Positions 59,643 through 64,000 of a stretch of DNA of 64,000 nt are shown here, piece by piece (positions within the stretch are counted from its first letter, which is position 1; every line of letters starts with the position of its first letter). The notes under the pieces were generated by a model that was given only the letters and a program-made list of their open reading frames with translations, ran no database searches and was not told the DNA's origin. The position numbers and the translations under genes were made by a program. The stretch is from positions 1,006-65,005 of the forward strand of contig CAYHFN010000016.1 of NCBI GenBank assembly GCA_964355925.1. The letters run 5' to 3'. The stretch comes from an uncultured Chitinophagaceae bacterium. GTDB lineage: Bacteria > Bacteroidota > Ignavibacteria > UBA10030 > UBA8401.

Positions 59643-60395
59643 TTAATGAAAACTGGAGATGATTGAGCCAATGACTAAATGCCAGCCGTCGACAAGAATG
59701 AACAAAAGAATCTTAAACGGTAGCGAGACCATAGACGGAGGAAGCATCATCATACCCATCGCCATAAGAATACTTGCAACAACCATATCAATGATCAGGA
59801 ACGGTACAAAAAGAACAAAGCCCATCTGAAAACCCATTCGTAATTCACTGATCGCAAACGATGGAATCAGAACGTGGATCGGAATATCATTGCGATTAGT
59901 TGGCTTGTCCATTTTGTTCAGTTTTACAAACAATGCAAGATCTTCCTCGCGCGTTTGTTTGAACATAAATTCTTCTATCGGAATGATCGCTTTTTCATAG
60001 GCAGCAGAAATGGTAATCTTATTCTTCATATATGGCTGCACTGCATTTTCATTCACTTTATTCCAGACCGGCGCCATTACAAAAAATGTAAGAAACATTG
60101 CAAGCCCAAGCAGGATCTGAGGCGGCGGCATTTGCGGTGTGCCCATTGCCTGTTTCAAAAAATGAAGGACAACAATTATGCGTGTGAAAGCAGTGGTAAG
60201 GATGAGTAATGCAGGTGCCAGCGATAAGATCGTCATTAGAAACAAAATCTGAAGTGTCATAGAAACATCATCAGGTTTTGTAGCTTTCCCTACTTCAATA
60301 CTTAATTTTGGAAGTGCCATTGGCGACGATTGTGCCGCAACAATAGTGCAAAATACAATTGAGAGAGAAAGTAGAAATATTATTTTTTTATTCAT
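59643..60395 (-). CDS. fliP: Export gate protein
   Basis: TAFTRI, MGMMMLPP, FKILLFILVDGW; start reassigned to 60395. Confidence 0.97.
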   Translation of the reverse strand: MNKKIIFLLSLSIVFCTIVAAQSSPMALPKLSIEVGKATKPDDVSMTLQILFLMTILSLAPALLILTTAFTRIIVVLHFLKQAMGTPQMPPPQILLGLAMFLTFFVMAPVWNKVNENAVQPYMKNKITISAAYEKAIIPIEEFMFKQTREEDLALFVKLNKMDKPTNRNDIPIHVLIPSFAISELRMGFQMGFVLFVPFLIIDMVVASILMAMGMMMLPPSMVSLPFKILLFILVDGWHLVIGSIISSFH

Positions 60396-60444
60396 GTAAA
60401 CATAGTAAATCCCGCATCCATGCGTTTTTAAAATAGCACTACTC

Positions 60445-60876
60445 TCAATCCTTTTTTCGAGAGGTGCGGCTCTGCTTTTTAATGACAAAGTCCCTTGCTT
60501 CAGAACTATGCAGTATATCGTTCAATTTTGGAAATTGTGTTACGAAACTTTTAGTGCTATCCATAATAGATTGTTTCAGAGATGAGAGCGGAACATTTTC
60601 TTCTGTAAGATCCTGCAGATCTTTATCGTCTAGTTCGCCTAGCAAATGCATTCCTTGTTCGTGTGAGGACATGACGAATATTTTTTTGGCTATTTTTACC
60701 ACATAGATCGCCCGTTTCGGTTGAATAAATTTTTGCCCAAGAATCTCGATAGTGACAATGTTTTGTCGTTTTCCGTTTGGGATGCCAATGTATTTTTTAA
60801 CCAAAGCACTGATCCCAAACATCACCACCAGTACTGCACTCAATGAAAGTACCATTTGAAGAATCACTGATTCCAT
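60445..60876 (-). CDS. fliO: FliO/FliZ-like export assembly protein
   Basis: N-terminal TM and beta-rich domain between fliN and fliP. Confidence 0.8.
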   Translation of the reverse strand: MESVILQMVLSLSAVLVVMFGISALVKKYIGIPNGKRQNIVTIEILGQKFIQPKRAIYVVKIAKKIFVMSSHEQGMHLLGELDDKDLQDLTEENVPLSSLKQSIMDSTKSFVTQFPKLNDILHSSEARDFVIKKQSRTSRKKD

Positions 60877-60877
60877 A

Positions 60878-61189
60878 TTACGCTCCAATACTCTTTAATC
60901 GTTCCATATTATCGATCAAATTGGTAATTCTGATACCAAAATGTTTTTCGATAACAACAACTTCACCCTCGGCAACCTTTTTTCCATTCACCAGAATGTC
61001 AACCGGTTCGCTGGCGAGTTTTTCCAACTCGATAACAGCACCTCTGTTAAGTTCCAGAATATCTTTGATCAGCATTTTGGTCCGTCCGAGTTCAATAGAT
61101 ACTTGAAGGTTCAGATCCATCAACATATCCATCTTGATCTCTTTTTTTTCTCCGGTTGCGGGTTGGTCTACCATTTCTTGAGTCTCCAT
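60878..61189 (-). CDS. fliN: C-ring switch protein
   Basis: SIELGRT...VNGKKVAEGEVVV...FGIRIT. Confidence 0.96.
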   Translation of the reverse strand: METQEMVDQPATGEKKEIKMDMLMDLNLQVSIELGRTKMLIKDILELNRGAVIELEKLASEPVDILVNGKKVAEGEVVVIEKHFGIRITNLIDNMERLKSIGA

Positions 61190-61215
61190 AAATATTACCT
61201 TTTCATAAACTTTAA

Positions 61216-62214
61216 TTAGTGGTGCAATTTATTGTCACTTTCAATTTGGATGGCAAGGTGCCCGTTTGAAACACCGGGCTTACCATAAAAGCGAGTTGTT
61301 CCGCCGATCTCTATCTGTACGTTTCCGTTAGCTTGGATATTTGTACGAAGAACATCACCAACTTCTAATTGAATAAATTCTTCAACGGTAAGTTTTGCTT
61401 GCCCAAGCACCACCGAAACAGGAATGGATGTTTGCGTGATCTTTTTCATTAATGTGTTGGACCATTCACGTTTCGAATTGGAGACCTGCATGCTTGTTGA
61501 TACCGTTTGTGAATTGAGTTTTGCAAGTTCGTCTTCCAATGCAAACGTTGGGAAACAAATGCTCATCATGAATTTTTGATCACCCAGCGTAACTTCAAAT
61601 GATACCAATAATACTATTTCGTTTGCCGGTGCAACCTGCACAAACTCACCTTCCGTTTCAAACCGATCGATCTGAAATGTTAACGGGGCAATTGTTTTCC
61701 ATGCTTTTTGTAATTCTGCAATATTTCTTGTAACAATTCCCTTGATAATGGTCTGTTCGATCTTCGTCAACAAACGGATCCGTTTCTCTTCACCGATTGT
61801 ACCGCCAAGCATCCTCGAAATCATCGAGAGAACTAACTGAGAATTCATCTCCATGACTGCAAACGTATCGGATTCCACTATTTTAAATACATACAAACAA
61901 CTCGGACTGCCGATCGAGAGAACATATTCCGAATAGAATATCTGATCGATCGACGCAACCGTGATGTTGACCGTTGTTTGCAGTTTGGAAATGAGAAATG
62001 AACTGAATGTTTCAGCATAACTTTCATGAATTGCCTGCAGTGTCCTCAGTTGATTTTTTGACAATCTGTTTGGTAATCGAAAATCAAACGACAGTACTTC
62101 CTTGGTCGATTTTACTTCGGCACGAGGTTGTTCCTGCACCGAGACATCAACTGAGCCGCTGTTGATCCCTGCAAGTAAATTATCTATTTCCTGTTGTGAA
62201 AGTATTTCTGCCAT
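61216..62214 (-). CDS. fliM: C-ring switch protein
   Basis: CheY-binding N-terminus ILSQQEIDNLL; FDFR.P.RLSK. Confidence 0.96.
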   Translation of the reverse strand: MAEILSQQEIDNLLAGINSGSVDVSVQEQPRAEVKSTKEVLSFDFRLPNRLSKNQLRTLQAIHESYAETFSSFLISKLQTTVNITVASIDQIFYSEYVLSIGSPSCLYVFKIVESDTFAVMEMNSQLVLSMISRMLGGTIGEEKRIRLLTKIEQTIIKGIVTRNIAELQKAWKTIAPLTFQIDRFETEGEFVQVAPANEIVLLVSFEVTLGDQKFMMSICFPTFALEDELAKLNSQTVSTSMQVSNSKREWSNTLMKKITQTSIPVSVVLGQAKLTVEEFIQLEVGDVLRTNIQANGNVQIEIGGTTRFYGKPGVSNGHLAIQIESDNKLHH

Positions 62215-62218
62215 GATC

Positions 62219-62740
62219 TTATTGAATAATAAATTTGCTAAAATAAATGTTTTTGATCTTTCCTTTGGTTAACGTAGAGTTCAATTTTTCTAAAATCTCT
62301 TTCCGCAATAATTCTTTGAATTGCGGTGCCGTTAGTTCATCCAATCCTTTGCTTGTAAGAATTGTGTTGAGAATGTCTCGTGTTTGAACTTCCTTCGCTT
62401 CCAATTCTAATTTTAATTCAGGCGATGGAATTTCGAGTCCGATGGTTGTTAATAAGAATCTCGTACCGTTTGTTCCTGCAGGATTAACAATAATGTCTTT
62501 AATAACCATTACTTGAGTCTGTTCCGGTGCAGCACTTTCTCCATGCGCTTCTTCTTTTGCCTGGGGTTGGGAAGACATACCTGGAGCAATAAATTTTGCA
62601 AAAATAAAATATAATAGTACGATTTGAACCAAAATGATTGGTCCACCGATGATCAATATTTTTTTGATGTTAATCGGTTCAGATTTTGGTGTTTCGGCAG
62701 TTGCTGCAACTGTAGGTGTTCCGATGGATTCTTTTGCCAT
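62219..62740 (-). CDS. fliL: Basal-body protein
   Basis: Single TM, IIVNPAG, IYFSKFIIQ. Confidence 0.92.
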   Translation of the reverse strand: MAKESIGTPTVAATAETPKSEPINIKKILIIGGPIILVQIVLLYFIFAKFIAPGMSSQPQAKEEAHGESAAPEQTQVMVIKDIIVNPAGTNGTRFLLTTIGLEIPSPELKLELEAKEVQTRDILNTILTSKGLDELTAPQFKELLRKEILEKLNSTLTKGKIKNIYFSKFIIQ

Positions 62741-62773
62741 TATCAATTCTCCTTGTTTACATAACCTTATTGT

Positions 62774-62788
62774 GCAAAGGTTGTGCCA
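62774..62788 (-). promoter_or_regulatory. sigma54 promoter of the fliL operon
   Basis: TGGCACA-ACCT-TTGC on the minus strand, about 35 bp upstream of fliL. Confidence 0.85.
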
Positions 62789-62893
62789 CAGGGTAAATTG
62801 ATAAATTCGCTTATTGTGTGAGCATTTTTGCGGAAAATAGAGAGGTTGGAGAGAATAGCAAATACATTAATGGCTAATATTATTCAACTGAAG

Positions 62894-62937
62894 AAAAAAT
62901 AAATAGCAGAGGATTCTATAAAAAGAATCCTCTGCTA
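62894..62937 (-). terminator. Flagellin terminator
   Basis: 14-bp stem TAGCAGAGGATTCT/AGAATCCTCTGCTA followed by TTTATTTTTT on the minus strand. Confidence 0.88.
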
Positions 62938-62948
62938 ACTGAACTTCC

Positions 62949-63773
62949 TTATTTAAAAAGCGATAAGAAATTTTGCGGAGCCGAATTGGCCTGCGCAAGT
63001 TGAGCAGTTGATGTTTGTTGTAAGATCTGAAGCTTTGATACCTGGATCTGTTCCTTGGCAACATCGGCGTCCATAATTCTACTTTTTGCTGCTTCGGTAT
63101 TCGTAATCGCCGTTGTTAGATTGGTTTCTTTTATAGTCAATCTGTTCACTGCGGCACCGATCTTTCCGATTTCGGTACTGACTGTGGTCAATCCGGTATC
63201 GGCAGATACTGAGTTTATGTTCGCTGATGTTACTGCGCCGGCTGCTATTCCAAGCAAACTCGCTGATGTTGCTGTTGTAGCAAATGATACTGTTAATGTT
63301 TCCGAGGATCCTTCGCCAACCTGAAATGCTGCGGTATATGCTGCATCTAATAGTTTAACACCGTTAAACTTTGTTTGAGACACAATATCATCAATTTCAC
63401 TTGCCAACGAATTGATCTCAGATGCGATAGCTTCAAGTTCGTCGCCACCTAATGCGCCGTTCTTTGCGCGAGCTTGTTTCTCTTTGATCGTGACCAATAC
63501 GTCTGCGATCGATTGATACCCTCCTTCTGCTACGCCGTATACACTTTGTGCATCTCCTACGTTATCGACTGCGGAACTCATTGCTCGCATTCGACCTTCC
63601 ATTTTTTTGGAAATCACATATCCTGACGGATCGTCGGATGCTGAGTTAATGCGTTTACCGGTTGCTAACCGAAGTTGATGAATTCCGTGTTCACGGCTAA
63701 TTGAGTTTAATGCACTATATGCCTGTTGTGCACTAATATTTGTGTTAATTCTACCACCTGTTGCGAATGCCAT
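62949..63773 (-). CDS. fliC: Flagellin (short, essentially D0/D1 only)
   Basis: RINTN, RLATGKRINSASDD, IGAAVNRL, SRIMDADVA, LAQANS.PQ. Confidence 0.95.
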   Translation of the reverse strand: MAFATGGRINTNISAQQAYSALNSISREHGIHQLRLATGKRINSASDDPSGYVISKKMEGRMRAMSSAVDNVGDAQSVYGVAEGGYQSIADVLVTIKEKQARAKNGALGGDELEAIASEINSLASEIDDIVSQTKFNGVKLLDAAYTAAFQVGEGSSETLTVSFATTATSASLLGIAAGAVTSANINSVSADTGLTTVSTEIGKIGAAVNRLTIKETNLTTAITNTEAAKSRIMDADVAKEQIQVSKLQILQQTSTAQLAQANSAPQNFLSLFK

Positions 63774-63814
63774 AAATACCTCCCTGTATATATGTGTTGA
63801 TTTGTTTTTATTTT

Positions 63815-63828
63815 GGGCTTCCTTGCCC
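63815..63828 (-). promoter_or_regulatory. CsrA-binding hairpin in the flagellin leader
   Basis: GGGC-AAGGAA-GCCC (GGA in the loop); a second GGA lies in the RBS CAGGGAGG. Confidence 0.7.
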
Positions 63829-64000
63829 GTGATTTGTTAGTGAAACATTTTTTTGTTTTCATATAGTATTGCTACTATTCTGTTCTTGATAAATATTCAA
63901 TAAGAGTGCATCTCTAAAAACATCAAAATATAATCTCTACAAGCAACCACCAACGGTGTCCCCTTGGGACTTACGAAGGTTATGAAAGAATTTTGCTGAA

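Noticed and set aside
21833-63324. Many 60-160 aa plus-strand ORFs in the track
   Set aside because: Antisense to well-supported genes, with no recognisable motifs.
63830-63940. sigma28 promoter for flagellin
   Set aside because: No convincing TAAA-N15-GCCGATAA match found by eye.
63941-64000. Hairpin GTCCC-AAG-GGGAC...GGTTGC upstream of flagellin, loosely like the 3' half of a c-di-GMP-I riboswitch
   Set aside because: Pairing and conserved nucleotides are unconvincing and the window ends here; it needs an Infernal/Rfam scan with flanking sequence.

Overview
AT-rich window from a diderm bacterium, most consistent with Ignavibacteria or a related FCB-group lineage (T9SS C-terminal sorting domain plus flagellar genes; taxonomy is inference). 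It has three parts. (1) <1-~11630 is the right arm of a probable genomic island. It holds a cargo operon (HPD-less J-like domain, Ser/Thr kinase-TPR, two TPR proteins, one unknown protein) and a satellite/ICE-like replication module (VirE-N/BT4734 primase-PriCT-P-loop helicase) flanked by two different iteron-like hexamer arrays. It also holds a decayed serine recombinase, a MITE/REP-like element, an IS630 remnant and two tandem tRNA-fMet-like 3'-end fragments that look like att scars. (2) 11.7-36.4 kb is minus-strand envelope and redox genes: two sigma54 two-component systems, each with a visible -24/-12 promoter and paired activator sites. One apparently controls a DUF2202/DxDxDGICD secreted-protein operon and the other a TetR-TolC-MFP-RND operon. 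The second block is bounded by a duplicated 5' end of the first regulator gene. A CoA-persulfide reductase/rhodanese/thioredoxin cluster follows. (3) 36.5-63.8 kb is a long sigma54-driven flagellar cluster (fliL to motB, two stator pairs, csrA/fliW, FlgJ-SLT fusion) plus flagellin. I saw no CRISPR array, rRNA or complete tRNA. All family calls come from motif recognition by eye, not from database searches.
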